NCBI GenBank assembly: GCA_013265495.1
Contig: MU058540.1
Span: 1,079,696-1,143,695, forward strand
Source: Vicugna vicugna
Taxonomy: Eukaryota
Reading direction: 5' to 3'
Length of the DNA stretch: 64,000 bases
Position numbers and translations under genes: made by a program
The notes under the pieces: model-generated
What the model saw: the letters and a program-made list of their open reading frames with translations, nothing else
What the model was told of the DNA's origin: nothing
Database searches by the model: none
Part shown: positions 13,611 through 26,695 of the stretch, piece after piece
Numbering within the stretch: the first letter of the stretch is position 1
Layout: each line of letters begins with the position of its first letter

Positions 13611-14709
13611 ACTCAACAGAGATGAACAGTCTATTTGAAAGCAGTAAGAAACTACAATTGTACTTCTTACTCTCTATCTGCTGTTGAATGACATGCATTT
13701 TTAAATTTTAGCCATTCTAGTAAGTGTGTAGGGGTCATCTCATTGGATGGCATTAAAGGTAACAAAAAAATTTAAACGTAAAAAAATTACTCAGATAATG
13801 TATAAGAGTTAGTATCCTTCAAACATACACATTCAAAAGAAAAAAATGAAAGCTTGAATGGTGCAAAGGCTTAGGTCCGTTTGGCCGAAAGTGCAGATTT
13901 AAACCAGATAACCTCGATGTCCTTTTCAATAATGTGATTCTATCACCCTGTAAAAATAAATTTCACTTAACATCACAGTCTCTACATAGATAGGCACACC
14001 TCCTGTCTAAAGATCTCCTCAGCAAGGTCCTCATTCAGTTCTGTACCCAGAACTTGGTAGTCATACAGCCATAAATAGTTGCTTGTCTTTCAGTTCTCAT
14101 AAATCTCAGTGAAATCATGTCATAGAAAAGCTCTTGGTTGAAAATGATACTCTTCCTTTCTTTAACTGCCTCATTCTCCATTCTAAAAACCCACCTCAAA
14201 AGCTTAGCTCTTTTTAGTGTTTTTATGGCTTATGTTGAAACCAAAACCATATCTGTCCTAGGGTTTGACATGGAGCCCTACCAAGTCTCTCAACTGATAA
14301 AACACGCTGTTCAGATAACATCCTGAACTGCCCACTTAAGTCACTCCTTAACTCCTTAACTCAAGTCACTCTTTAACTCCAAACGGGAGTATAGAGAAAT
14401 AAAAATCAAGCCAAATAAAATGAACAAGTGCCACCTCATCTAAAGGACAGAACTGTTTAGTATGGGAGAACTCTAAATAAGCAAGAATGGCAGGTAGACA
14501 GATTAAAAAAAGGTTATTTCATATGGTACAGATGTAAATGTGTAGACCTGCTGGTTATAGTACGAACACATTACACCTGTTTTTTCAAAGTGTTACTTCC
14601 TATCGTCAATAGTATGATATTTCTTCACCAATAAAAGGCAATTGCTATATAAAAACCAGCAGGATGGAGTCTCTCTCCTCCAGATTCAATGTCTAAGACT
14701 GTATATACC

Positions 14710-15092
14710 ACGGTGATTAGGCAGAGGGAACAGCAAGTCTGTTGTCAGAGGAGCAAAAAGGGTGCTACCATGATGGGAGGAGCACAGTGAGAACAAGAGA
14801 GAGGAGTGAGAGATAGGGTGCCAGAGGGAGCCAGATCGTAGGCTGTTCTAAGGGCGTTAGCTTAGAAGGCTTGTGAGTGACATCATCTGACCTCCTTTTT
14901 TTTTTTAAACAGGATCATTTTGCCTGTTGTGTTGAAAGTAAATTTAAAGGGGTAAGAATGTGGATTGGGGGGAGCAGAGGGATCGAGGTGACGGTGGCTG
15001 GACCAAGGTGGTAGAGACAGAGATTGTGAGAAGTATTTTGATTCTGCATATATGTGTTTGAAAACAGAGCCAACAGAATTGGCTGATGAACT
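14710..15092 (-). mobile_element. L2 fragment
   Basis: ttttaaacaggatcattttgcctgttgtgttga...ctggaccaaggtggtag...gattctgcatatatgtgtttgaaaacagagccaacagaattggctgatgaact resembles antisense L2. Confidence 0.75.
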
Positions 15093-15108
15093 CAATATAC
15101 ATCTCTCA

Positions 15109-15155
15109 ATGTGTGTGTGTGTATATATATATATATAGACAGACAGACAGGTAGA
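15109..15155. repeat. Compound microsatellite (TG)n(TA)n(GACA)n
   Basis: tgtgtgtgtgtgtatatatatatatatagacagacagacag seen directly. Confidence 0.9.
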
Positions 15156-15779
15156 TGGGTAGGTATGTATTTATTATAGAAGGGAAGTATGAGTCTGACA
15201 AGGCTGAGAACCACTCTGATCTAAGCAACCATTTGCAAATGTATGAAGAGAGGAAGAAGATGGTTAACGGTACATATGAGGGACTGCCATATAATGCCTA
15301 CATCCTCACTGACACACACAATAAAGGGCACCTACAGGCCAAAGATCTACACAGAAGCAATATGAAACACCCCCCTACCCAGTCTTAGGTTATGTTTTCT
15401 AACTATAGAATTATAGTTAGGTTATAGAATCACATTGTTGATTTCTATGTCTTAAAGTGGCCCCCAGACAGGGTAAAGAAGGAGTACATTATGTACACTG
15501 CGCCTAACGTAAATCAAACTATAATCTAGGTTCACAAAGAAAAAAGTGATACTCTCTTGCCAGTGCCAATTACTTCCTCTTTAATATTACCTTGTTATTT
15601 ACCACCAATTCAAACCAACACAGGCCCAATTCCTAAATAATCCAAATTAGCACCAAGGGCTATTCCATTCTGTCCCTACCAGTCCCCCTCCCTAAAGCCA
15701 ACAGGTTCACATTAAATAGCTTAGAATACATTCTCAGGCTCTACAACATTTCTCCTGATAATATCAATGATGCAACTAA

Positions 15780-17550
15780 TATTCGTATTATTTATAATAT
15801 GATAAAGCAAATAATGGTTATTAGAAACCAACAGAAATACTACTAAAAATAGTATCTTAAAAGATACATAAACATAAAAGAAATTAAGAAAAAATTTGTA
15901 ACGCTAAATTTAAAATGGAAATCATGATTTTTCTCTTTAAAAATGCTTCCTATTACTATCCACTAAAAGGGACTAGCAGCAATGACACTCTAGTAGCAGT
16001 GAACACACTCAGCACCCCAACCTTGATTCTAAATAACGTTCTCCACTGAAAGAGAACTCTCTGGAGAAATGGCTGACACCATGTCTGGGACAGGAAAATT
16101 CAAAGTGAGTGTGGAATATCTAATTGCATTACAGAGCAAGAAGTACTCAAACAATAAAAGGGTCATGCCAAAAATACACAGCAGGCTGCTTTGAAAGGGT
16201 GCATAAGGGAGGGCCAAATTTGGGATAATTAAAGCAAACAGAATAAAGACCGTAACTGATTATAATATACTGAAAAAAGGTCAAAATCCATGTATACAGA
16301 GGGATTATTTAAAATAAGGGGGAAAACGGGGGTAGGGGTGAGAGAGAGAGAAAGAGAAAGCAGGGAGGAAGAATAGAGCTTTCCTTTGAAGAAGAATTTC
16401 AGCTAAAAATAATTAGAAAATCACTGTTCTTCAGTCTCTGGTGTAGTATCTGATTTGGTAGAGATCAGCAGCAGATGCTAAAACTATTAGTTGAAAGATT
16501 GTTGGAAGACAGGATATTCATACAGTGTAGAGCAACTTTTCAATAGACTACTTACCAATTTTGCTGCATAAGGAGAAATGTACTTCTACAATGGAGAGAT
16601 CTGTCAGTTATTATCTGAACATTTTCTCACTAATGGCAAGACAACCTGACATTATGTGCCTCCTGACATTAAGTTCTAGGAAGCATTACCTATGCAGCAA
16701 CTTATCAAAAATGCTTATCCTAAATTTAATCAAGCTTCTAGACCCGTGCTATTCAATCTGGTGGTCACCACCCACATGCAACTATTGAACACTTGAAATG
16801 TGCCCGGTGTGACTGAGGAAGCGAACTTTAAATTTTATTTAATTTTAATTAATTTAAATAGGAATACATGGCTAGTGGCTACCATACTGAAAAACTGCAG
16901 ATACAGAACATTTCCATCACTTCAGAAAGTTCCACTGGACAACACTGTTCCAGTCTTAAGCTGCTGGAAATACAGAAGATAAGGAAATAAATTAAAGGAC
17001 ACCAGGAAGAAACAACAAAAAGAAAAAACAACCCAAAAACCCAGAATGTGAGACACGTTAAGACAACGATCCTGGACTCTTTTAATAAGTCAGCATCAAC
17101 ATGAGTAGGGTGTGGAGAGGCTGAGATTACAGTTCTATAATACAGCCTCAAATGACATACCACCAATTGTAATGTATGAGGAAACAGATATAATAGACAT
17201 TTCATGATAATTTGGAACATTTGAATACAGAGTAAATATCTTATGATATTACTGAATTATAAATTTCCTTAGGTGTGACAATGATATGTGGTTATGTAGG
17301 GAACTGGCCTTATTCTAAAAAGATGCATGCTAAATAGAGAACAGAATTTAGAGGTAATGTCTCAAGATAGCTACAACTTATTTTCAAATAGCATAGCCAA
17401 AAGAGGGTAAGAATCTAAACACAGATAAAGCAAATATGCCAAAAGTCAACAGATATTATATCCAGAAGAAGGTATACAGTGTTTGTTTTACTATTTAAAA
17501 TTTTTACTTCTGTGTTTGTAAAATTTCATAGTTAAATAGCTGGGGAAAAA
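15780..17550 (+). mobile_element. L1MC4/5-like 3' UTR, interrupted by MER3
   Basis: ggagaaatggctgacaccatgtctgggacaggaaaattcaaagtgag and tttccttaggtgtgacaatgatatgtggttatgtagg are L1MC-type 3' UTR motifs. Confidence 0.7.
16744..16947. mobile_element. MER3-like hAT-Charlie MITE
   Basis: cacttgaaatgtg...gtgactgaggaagcgaactttaaattttatttaattttaattaatttaaat...acatggctagtggctaccata...agaacatttccatcac...agaaagttccactggacaacactg. Confidence 0.85.
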
Positions 17551-17621
17551 TAATCAGCCATGGAATTATGGTAATATACCGTTGTCTTTGTACTTCCTGG
17601 CCTTTTATTCTGCTAGGAGCA

Positions 17622-17752
17622 TTTTTTTTTTTTAGGGGGAGGGAGGTAATTAGGTTTATTTATTTCTTTATTTTTAGAGGAGGTGCTGGGGATTGAACCC
17701 AGGACCTCATGCATGCTAAGCATGTGCTCTGCCACTTGAGCTGTACCCTCCC
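17622..17752 (-). mobile_element. tRNA-derived SINE (camelid Vic-1-like)
   Basis: Reverse complement gggagggtacagctcaagtggcagagcacatgcttagcatgcatgaggtcctgggttcaatccccagcacctcc has A and B boxes and a poly(A) tail. Confidence 0.9.
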
Positions 17753-19559
17753 GGTGTTTTATTTTTATAATCAGAAAAATGGTGCGCTGAAGTAGTCACC
17801 AGCTTACTTAATTACTTAATCAAGTAATCAAACTGCCTACACTAATAGCATCACTAAATGCTAGAAGGAATACTTAAAAGCCCTCAGAATAAGAGTCCTG
17901 TTCAGATTATATTGTTTCCATTCTTAGGATTAAGAATTTTTACAAATCACTCTAATGGAAATTCCTAGTCAGAGCACCTGCATATTTAAACTAACATGGT
18001 CACTAACACAAATATACAATAACATTTTGAATATGACTTTTCATAAAGCCAAGAGTATCTGTTAAGTATTTTTACAAAAGCAAAAATGACAGTCACTAAA
18101 AATTCTCAATCATTTTAAGGTTGACTCCAGAAGTAATCGTAGAAGTAACCTAGGAGTAGCCATGTACCATTTCCTAACAGCCTAGGGGCAGAGAGGTGCC
18201 CTTCTCTGAAAGAAGAGAGAGGCCTCCTTGTTCTGGGGCCAGAGTTGAATTACACTCTTGGTCACGTGAGCACAGAGCAAAAACTGAGCACAGGGATTAT
18301 CACAGCTGCCTCAGCCAAGCCCTTCACTGGAGGTAGTGTCTATGCCAAGGTCTCCTTTCATCTCTGAACTGTAACTGAGAGGAAAGGCCCTTTCTAAGTT
18401 CTCAGCTGCCAGAAACAGGAGATTCAATACGGATTTACTTAAGGGCCTTTGCCAGAGATCTGCAGGATTCAATCTGTCCTCTAACATAAAACGGCCTCAC
18501 ATCAGCTTCCCCACTAAGATATGGTATGTTTTCTCTGTTAATTTTATACACTCAAAATGACTTTTTTCCTAAGGAAAACTCTTAACTTCTTTTGCTATAT
18601 TTTTGTGTATACACTTTCCTAGGAAGGCAGAATAAATGTATTTCCACACACAAACATGTATGTCCATGGTAAGTGAACAAAGGCTTTTTTGAAATGTTTT
18701 ATCACAGAGGAGTCACATTTCTCACTAAATTCTTTTAAAAAAGAATAAATTATCAGAATAAGATAATTATATGTAATGTGCTAAGAGACATGATTCTTAC
18801 ATTTTATAATGCTGTGAAAAGAAGCTAAAAATACCTTCTTACCAAGCAAAAATAAAGACATGGTAGTACTTACAAAACACCCCTCTTAGGGGAAGTAGCA
18901 TCCATCACACTGTTATACTTCATAGTTACCTCCTCAAGATCTTGAGTATAGTTGGCACATAATAAGTATTTATGCCTATTTTCTTTCCAACTTCTTATTT
19001 TGAAAAACTTCAAACATATAGAAAAACCTTTTGCCTATTTTTGTACCAATTTTAAAGATAAATCTACAGGTGCATACAACCATACATGTACATTATTATT
19101 ACTAATTCATATTCATGTGATTTTAAATTCCTTAAAAATTAAATAATGGAAATTCAGAGAATGCTATCTAAATAAAGCCTGCTTTTCAACAAACAAATGG
19201 GGTTGTTTTGAGGTCTCTCTTGATTTACAATAATTTACATTTGGATATATTTCCTCTTATTAACAATTCTATTAAACAGTGCAATATTCCTAAGGTTAAA
19301 AACCTTTATTTGCCCTCATTTATCATTTAGAAGACTAAAAACAAACTATCTTCTTACAAAAGGTTGGCGCTTATCAGTTTACAGTTTAAAATAAAGTAAT
19401 AATCTGCAAAATAGCTCATTCAACCTAATTAAGGACACATCTTTTTGGTTGTTTTTCCATTATGAGCCTTTTAGTACTACTACTATTACTGTTTAATCTA
19501 CCATGAATACAATATGTTTATTAACATTCTTAAAACAATTTTTAAAAATTAGTTGCCTA

Positions 19560-19775
19560 CCCTGAAAGATCGGGAGCTCTCACATAATAATCCAGCTTTC
19601 ACGCTTCTCTTGAAACATCAGAGGCATACTAGGTCTTAACTGCCACATGAAAAGTGGCTGGGCCTGAGCAGAGGCCGTCTCCTGACAAGGGTAGGCTCTC
19701 CCCACTTTGTTAGAGTTGCACCCACCGTCAAGTGCCTGTCTACTTCCCTACAAGCTTATGAGCTGGAGACCCCCG
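19560..19775. mobile_element. MER102-like hAT-Charlie element
   Basis: aatccagctttcacgcttctcttgaaacatcaga...ggctgggcctgagcagaggc...tgagctggagaccccc resembles MER102. Confidence 0.6.
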
Positions 19776-21624
19776 ATCTATAACATTACTTCCCCCTAGT
19801 TTACTTATCATATTGAAATGATTGAAAACATTCTTAATATGATATATATTTTATGGTTAAAATTCTGGATTTTAAAGAAATCATGTTATTTCCCTAATAA
19901 ATTCTGTGATACCCTATCCCCACCTTCCATTCGCAACTGTTCAGGCTGGGCCAAAAAGTAAAGATGAAAATACAACACAGTCAGAGCTTTTTCACTTTTT
20001 ACTTTTTTTATCCACTCCTCCAGAGTCAAACACTATGAACTAAAAAAAGGTTGACAAAATAGTATTTTAAATTATTCCGAAGTAGTCACAGGCTTTTCAA
20101 ATATTCTACTTGTATATAACAAGAGACACGAAACACTGCTTCCCTGTCAGAGACAGCTCTGAAGTACCATATGGAGCTTTCTGGTTGCTATGATACATAT
20201 ATAAGAGAGTACAAACTTTTTTTTTTTGCAGGGGCAGGGAATACAAAGTACAGGAATTGGGATAAGAAGATACAGATTTTTAAAGTAAAGTTCACTTTGG
20301 CATTTTCCATGTTCTTATCTGAAAATGCAAATGAGATTAAGAACGGTTACAATAAATTCTTGAGAGGCTGATGTAAGATTAAGATAATCAGGAAGCAACT
20401 TAAGCGTTCTTGAAGCAACCATGATCCTTGATACTATATTAAGGCATCTAGATGTTCAAAAAACTTTCTTAAATGAAGGTGAATTAAGTCAAACATCTGT
20501 GAAATGTTTATCTTATGAAAGACAGTGTATCAAAAACTTGAGAGAGGGCAGCAAGATACAAGGACGTCCTAAAAAAATTTCCAAGATGGTCAGTTTATGT
20601 GGCAAAGCAACAGGTGGTTGAGCCAGAGGAGCAGAGAAGGGTGACACCAGGACACAAGTGAGCAAGCTGGAGAATAGTTTCTTTTTTTTTTTAAAGCTAA
20701 GTATGTATGAGGTTAATTATCAAGCTGCCTACAAATATTTTATAGTTAATATGCTAGAAATGGTTCCATGGATATGGGCCCTGCCCAGACATGAGGATAA
20801 AAAGAACTGGCATTTGGCCACACTCTCAATTATCATTACTGACTACGTTTCTCTAAAGGCAGAAGGTGCCCATCTTTGTCATCCTTGAATAGAATGCAGT
20901 TGAAACTATGCACGTAATTTGCTTTTTCTACTTGTTTTCAGATGTTCTGTATCCTTGCGATAACACTCCTGGTTTAGCTTAGGTGAGAATGGGTACAAGA
21001 AATGGAAGTGTAACAGCTGAACAGAAGACAGAACAGTTTCAGATCCAGTTTTTCCTTCCCTGTCAGCCAGCAGTTTTACCTTTCCACTGAATTGGCAAGG
21101 AAGAATAGCTCTGAAAACCATGTAAAGAAGTGCTTTTCTCTTTTATTGCAGAGAGAGTGTCACAAGGCTGGCTCATACAAGCCTTTGCTGTCCTCGGCTA
21201 GAGAGCACTGTTACCAAGGCCCATGGCCAGCCCTGGGAGAAACCCTCGTCCTTCTAACACTTGAGGGGTCACTATAACAGGACTTTAACTATAAGCAGCT
21301 AAAAAATGGAGGCCAGATTCCAAAATGAAATACTTCAGTTCTTTAAATGTGATTGCTAATGTTTCAAATGCTTCCGATTTCTGTTTCTGAAATTCAGCCA
21401 GCATGCCAAAATTTTTAAGCTGGGTTGAAAGAAGCTTCAGAACAGGTTGAATTTTACTGTACCTAGTATTGACAATGCCATGATAAACTGCTTAATAATC
21501 TTCATGCTTACACAGAAAGTTTTTCTAGTACAAAATAAATACATGTTCAATGCAGAAAACTTAACAATCTAAGAGCTATGCAAAAGCTAATCACTGTAAA
21601 CGTTTGGTGGACATTGTCTCAAGG

Positions 21625-21860
21625 CATTAGGTGCATGGGTGCTAAGATTAGATGTTCTGCATTCAGATCTCACCTTGAAAACTTGACTACATTTAGCTGG
21701 GCAAAATTTGGACAAATTACCTGATCTCACTGAACCTCAATTTTTTTCTTACCTGTAAAATGTAGATGATAACAGCTCCTATCTCATAGAGTCTGGTGAG
21801 GAAATGCAAAATGCTAAACAGAACATGGCATACACTAAGCATATAAGAAGTGTTACCTGT
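21625..21860 (+). mobile_element. MIR SINE
   Basis: Core ttggacaaattacctgatctcactgaacctcaatttt...cctgtaaaatg...cctatctcatagag...gtgagga. Confidence 0.8.
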
Positions 21861-23375
21861 TCTTTCTATACAAATAGACACATGTATTTCTTTCCCACTA
21901 AATTGTTTTATATCATAAACACTGTTTCATAACCTGCTTTAATCACTTAGAAAATGTGTTGAAAATATTCTCCTGTGCTAGTAAAGATCTTTTTACCATA
22001 TACACAGGACCTTTGGTAAAGCTGCTGTAGGCAGTACTTAAGCACAGGCTGTCAAGAAGGGGCCGAGATGGCGGAGTAGAAGGACGCTAGTAGCTCACCC
22101 TCTCCCACAAATACACCAAAACTCACACCCACGGACCCACCAAGCCAACCAGAGCACCTGCTGAACTACAACAGAACATCGCCCTCTTCAAAAGACAAAG
22201 ACACCACGAATCTGGTAGGAGAAAAGGAAAAAAGAAAGATGAAAAAGCAAAACAGTGCGGGACTGGTCCCGCGGGGAGGGAGAGGCAAAAGAGGAATAGC
22301 GTTCGTTGGCTGGGTCTCCCCCTCTCCAACGGAAAGGCCAGTGGGACAGAGGGGAACCTCTGAGGCTCAGATCTATACCGAGGACCCCTTGACAGACAGA
22401 AATAAGTTAAACGGGCACAAAAAGGTCCCTGCAACACCCAGCCCGAGATGCGAGCCGACAGCTGGGGGACGGGACAGGCTGCCTGAGCTGGGCGGAGGAG
22501 TGGGGCAGATGCACTGAAGCAGCCCCGGGGGACCGCAGGATGCTGCACGCTGTGGCTAGGAGGGGATTCAGAGCAGAACAACCTGGGCCCCCCATAAATT
22601 ACGGGGAGAAAAAAAAGCAACACTGCTGGTGTGCCCTGGGAGGAGAGGCACCGTAGCCTTTGTCTCCTCAGACCCACCGCGCCATTACTGGCTCTTCTCG
22701 GGAGAATAGAGGCGGGGCGCAGCCACAGCCACCAACTCCTCCTGTGTGCAGTGCCAGGGCGGGGGCAGGGCCAAGACCTGAATCCGCACCAGGGGGCTCT
22801 GCAACCTCCTAGGCAGAGCTGAGTCTTGTTTATAGCCCGAGGTAGACAGGATCTTTTTGCCCTGGTACCTCAGAGAACTTGCGCCGCCAAGACAAACAAG
22901 GACCTGGGGTTTTGGCATGGGGCAGGGGCGGGTCCGTTCTGTGGTCTTCCCTGAGCCCACCTGTGGAGCGCCGACTGGAGGCAGAGTGGGCAGCTGCACA
23001 GAGCAGCGGAGCAACTGGCGCAGGGAGAGGGAGGCTGGCGTTCCTTGCAGAACGCAGCACCTGACCACGGTGGAGGGGGCGTGATCCACCCGCTACCTCA
23101 CCCAAGCGCAGCATCTGACTGCAGCATCAGGATGGGTAGTGACCCGCCTGCCCACCGTGATGGAGCACACCACCTGACCCAGCGTTGGGAGGGGGCGCGA
23201 TCTGCTTGTCTACAGGCACTGGGAGCAGCACAGACGAGGGCGCCAACGGAGGGCCTCTGGAAACAGCAAGCTGAGTTTGCAAAACAGAGCAAAGACAGAA
23301 AGACTTCTCGATAAAATCATTAAGAGCGCACAGTCTCCAGGAGAACACTTTCCTTTTTTTTAAAGTCCTTTTTTG

Positions 23376-24040
23376 TCTGTTCTATTTTTTAATACATTTT
23401 TAATCTTTATTTTTTAAACAATTGTGTATGTCTACAGTTTTAATCTCTTTAAAATTTTTCTTTTAAAATCTTTTTATTATTCTTTTATTTCATTTTTATT
23501 TCTCTTGGTTTTGATCTCCTGTTATTGATTATATACAGGTTTCAAATATTGTTTTTTGATCTTTTCTCCCTTTTTTTAATGTTTTTAAAAGACATCTCAA
23601 CTCGATTGCTATTCTGCTTCAGCTTGCTTTTCTATTATTGATTATACACTGTTTTCAAACCTTTTTTTCTCCCTTCTTTTAAAATTCTCTCGTTTTATCT
23701 TTTAAAAAATCTGTTCTATTTTCTATTACCTTTTAAATTTTTACTTTTTAAACAATTGTATATGTCTCCAGTTTTAATCCCTTTAAAATTTTTCTTTTAA
23801 AATATTTTATTATTACTTTTAAAAATCCACCTCATTATATTTTTATTTTTCTTGGTTTTGATCTCCTGTTATTGATTAAATACAGGTTTCAAATATTGTT
23901 TTTTGATCTTTTCTCCCTTTTTTTAAGGTTTTTAAAAGACATCTCAACTCGATTGCTATTCTGCTTCAACTTGCTCTTCTACTATTGATTATACACTGTT
24001 TTCAAAGCTTTTTTTTTTTCTTTTAAAACTCTCTTTTTCT
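23376..24040. repeat. Two diverged ~334-bp T-rich tandem units in the L1 5' UTR
   Basis: tctgttctatttt...aaacaattgt...ttggttttgatctcctgttattgatta...aaaagacatctcaactcgattgctattctgcttca occurs from 23376 and again from 23710. Confidence 0.9.
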
Positions 24041-24138
24041 TAAAGTTTTATTCCTGCATAGGCTTTAGATAAATAAATAAACTCCTTAAGGACCACAATA
24101 GATAACTGATACTCCATAAACCACAGTGCCAGAGAGAT

Positions 24139-25028
24139 ATGAGCAATATGAAGAAGCAGAGGAACCACTCCCAGTTAAAAGATCAAGAGAGATCCCCTGA
24201 AAGAATGATCAATGAAAGAGACATTGATGGCCTACCAGATCAACATTTCAAAAAAGGAGTGATCAAAGCACTGAAGGATCTAAAAATGATAAGTGTTAAG
24301 AGATATAAAATATGTCAAAAATGAAACTGAAGCTATAAAGAGCCAAGTAGAATTGGTAAACTCATTTGCTGAGATGAGAGCTGATCTAAAGGCTGTACAA
24401 AGCAGGCTAGATAACAAAGAGGAACAAATAAGTGACCTACAAGACAGGACAACAGAAAGCACCCAATCAGAACAGCTGAGAGAAAAACAAATAAAAAACA
24501 ATGAAAACAATATAAAGGACCTATGGGATAATATAAAGCACGCCAATCTATGCATAATAGGGGCTCCAGAAAAGGAAGAAAGAACAAAGGGGATTGAAAA
24601 GGTATTTGAAGAAATCATGACTGAAACCAAACCTACAGAAGGAATCAGATATCCAAGTACAGGAAGCTCAAAGGGTCCCACACAGGAAGAACCCAAACAG
24701 ACCCACACCAAGACATATCATAATCAAGATGGCCAGAGTCAAGGATAAAGAAATGATCCTAAAGGAAGCAAGAGAAAAACTGAGTTACAAGGGAACCTCC
24801 ATAAGGCTCTCAGCTGATTTCTCTACACAAACACTACAGGCCAGAAGGGAGTGGCAAGATATATTCAAAGTCCTGAATGAAAAAAAGATGCAGCCTACGA
24901 TACTTTATCCAGCAAGGACATCCTTTAGAATAGAAGGAAAGAGAAAAAATTTCACAGACAAGCAAAAATTAGAAGAGTTCAGCAACACTAAAGCCATGCC
25001 AAAAGAAATATTGACAGGTCTACTCTAA
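24139..25028 (+). pseudogene. L1 ORF1p, frameshifted into three pieces
   Basis: ORF pieces MSNMKKQRNHSQLKDQE..., ...EEQISDLQDR...IKDLWDNIKHANLCIIGAPEKEE...FEEIMTE and ...ILKEAREK...SIRLSADFSTQTLQARREWQDIFKVL...ILYPAR are L1 ORF1 motifs. Confidence 0.92.
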
Positions 25029-25430
25029 ATAGAAAAGAAGCAGTATGCTACAAAAATGAGAAACTCATAACTGGAAAGGTGATAACTACCATGAATGACA
25101 AATAGAATAAACACAAAATTGTAAAAGAAGACATCTAAATCATTAAGAGTTGGAGAGGGAAGCAAGAAAATACAGAGTTGGTTTTTTTTTTTAATTTTTT
25201 GTTCTTGGTAGGATGGGTTTGAGCTTATATTACTATCTGTTTAATACAAACAGTCTTAGTAATAGGTTAATAGAGTTACAAAAAAGGGTAACCACAAGCC
25301 AAAAACTTACAAGTGAGTCACAAAAACTAAATAAAATCCAAGATAATACAAAGGAAAATTACCAAGCCACAAAAGGAAGAAGAAAGGAACAAAGAGGAAA
25401 TACCAATTCAACTGCAAAGATAAGTTCAAA

Positions 25431-26154
25431 ATAGCAATAAATACACATCTATCATTAATTACTGTAAATGTTAATGGACTAAATGCTCCAATCAAAAGAC
25501 GTAGAGTGGCAGACTGGATAACAAAGCAAGAACCTTCAATACGCTGCATACAAGAGACCCACCTTAGTGAGAAGGACACACAGATTGAAAGTGAAAGGAT
25601 GGAAAAGGATATTCCATGCAAATGGAAAAGCCAAAAAAGCAGGTGTAGCAGTACTGATTTCAGACAAAACAGACTTTAAAATAAAGGCCATAAAAAAAGA
25701 TAAAGAAGGATATTTTATAATGATTAAAGGAGTAATACAAGATGAGGATATTACAGTCATTAATATATATGTACCCAATATAGGAGCACCTAAGGACATA
25801 AAACAATTACTAACAGAGATAAAGGGGGAAATTGATGGGAATACAATTATTGTTGGATATTTTAACACCACATTAACATCACTAGACCGATCTTCCAGAC
25901 AGAAAATAAGGCAACAGAGAAATTAAATGATACAACAGAAAAACTAAGAGTTGGTGGATATTTTCAGAGCATTACACCTCTAAAAAATAGGATATACATT
26001 CTTTTCAAGTGCACATGGAACATTTTCTAGGACTGATCATGTACTTGGGCACAAAAGAAGCCTCAACAATTTTAAGATAGAAATTATCTCAAGCATCATT
26101 ACTGATCACAATACCATGAAACTAGAAATCAACTACAGAGAAACAAGGAGAAAA
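25431..26154 (+). pseudogene. L1 ORF2p APE-like endonuclease domain only (start codon reads ATA; frameshifts)
   Basis: Reads ITVNVNGLNAPIKR...CIQETH, KKAGVAVLISDK, INIYVPN, IIVGYFNT and TDHNTMKLEIN, then ends at the TSD. Confidence 0.92.
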
Positions 26155-26169
26155 AAGCACAGGTTGTCA

Positions 26170-26695
26170 TGATTTTACAGCACATGACCTTGTCATTCTG
26201 AGCTCAGCTAGATGAGTAAGAAATCAGCAGCTAATGAAAGTTAAGGCAGACATCTCCAAAATGGCTAGAAGCTGATGTGGCCTGGCATCTCTGCCAAAGG
26301 CAAAAGCAATCAAGTCCTTTCTCGGGAAGGCTGAATATGAGACAGACGGAGTGAGTCAAGAGACAGGTGAGTGATGCAAGAGGGAGGAAAAACACAAAAC
26401 AAAAAGTGGTACACAGAAGTCAGGAGGCTGATAAGAGATTAGGAGGCAGCTCCTCCACAGTGGAAGAGAAGGGCTGGGCCGCTGGTGTGGTGACCAGGCT
26501 CTTGAGCTACACTACCTTCCCACTGTCCATCCTCCCACTGCTAGCAAGGTCTGACTGCACTGTGACCTAAGTTCCCAATTCTGCACAGCCTGGCTGGGAA
26601 GCTGCTGTGGTAATGTCACATTCTTCTCCCTCAATTAACTGAGGGACTAGTAGATGTATGTCTACTCCTGATAACCCAAAAGGGCCTACCTCAAC
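26170..26695 (+). mobile_element. Ancient LTR remnant (LTR78/79-like, tentative)
   Basis: The 3' end tactcctgataacccaaaagggcctacctca resembles old LTR termini; similarity is weak. Confidence 0.35.

Larger units (their letters stand above)
22055..26154 (+). mobile_element. Relatively young L1 with intact 5' end, ORF1 and ORF2 endonuclease domain; 3'-truncated, flanked by TSD
   Basis: Starts gggccgagatggcggagtagaaggac with a GC/CpG-rich 5' UTR. TSD is aagcacaggctgtca (22040-22054) and aagcacaggttgtca (26155-26169). Confidence 0.93.

Noticed and set aside
22123..23348. Cluster of overlapping ORFs up to 184 aa on both strands, including a possible ORF0-like antisense ORF
   Set aside because: They lie in the GC-rich L1 5' UTR where stops are rare, mostly use non-ATG starts and show no recognisable protein motifs.
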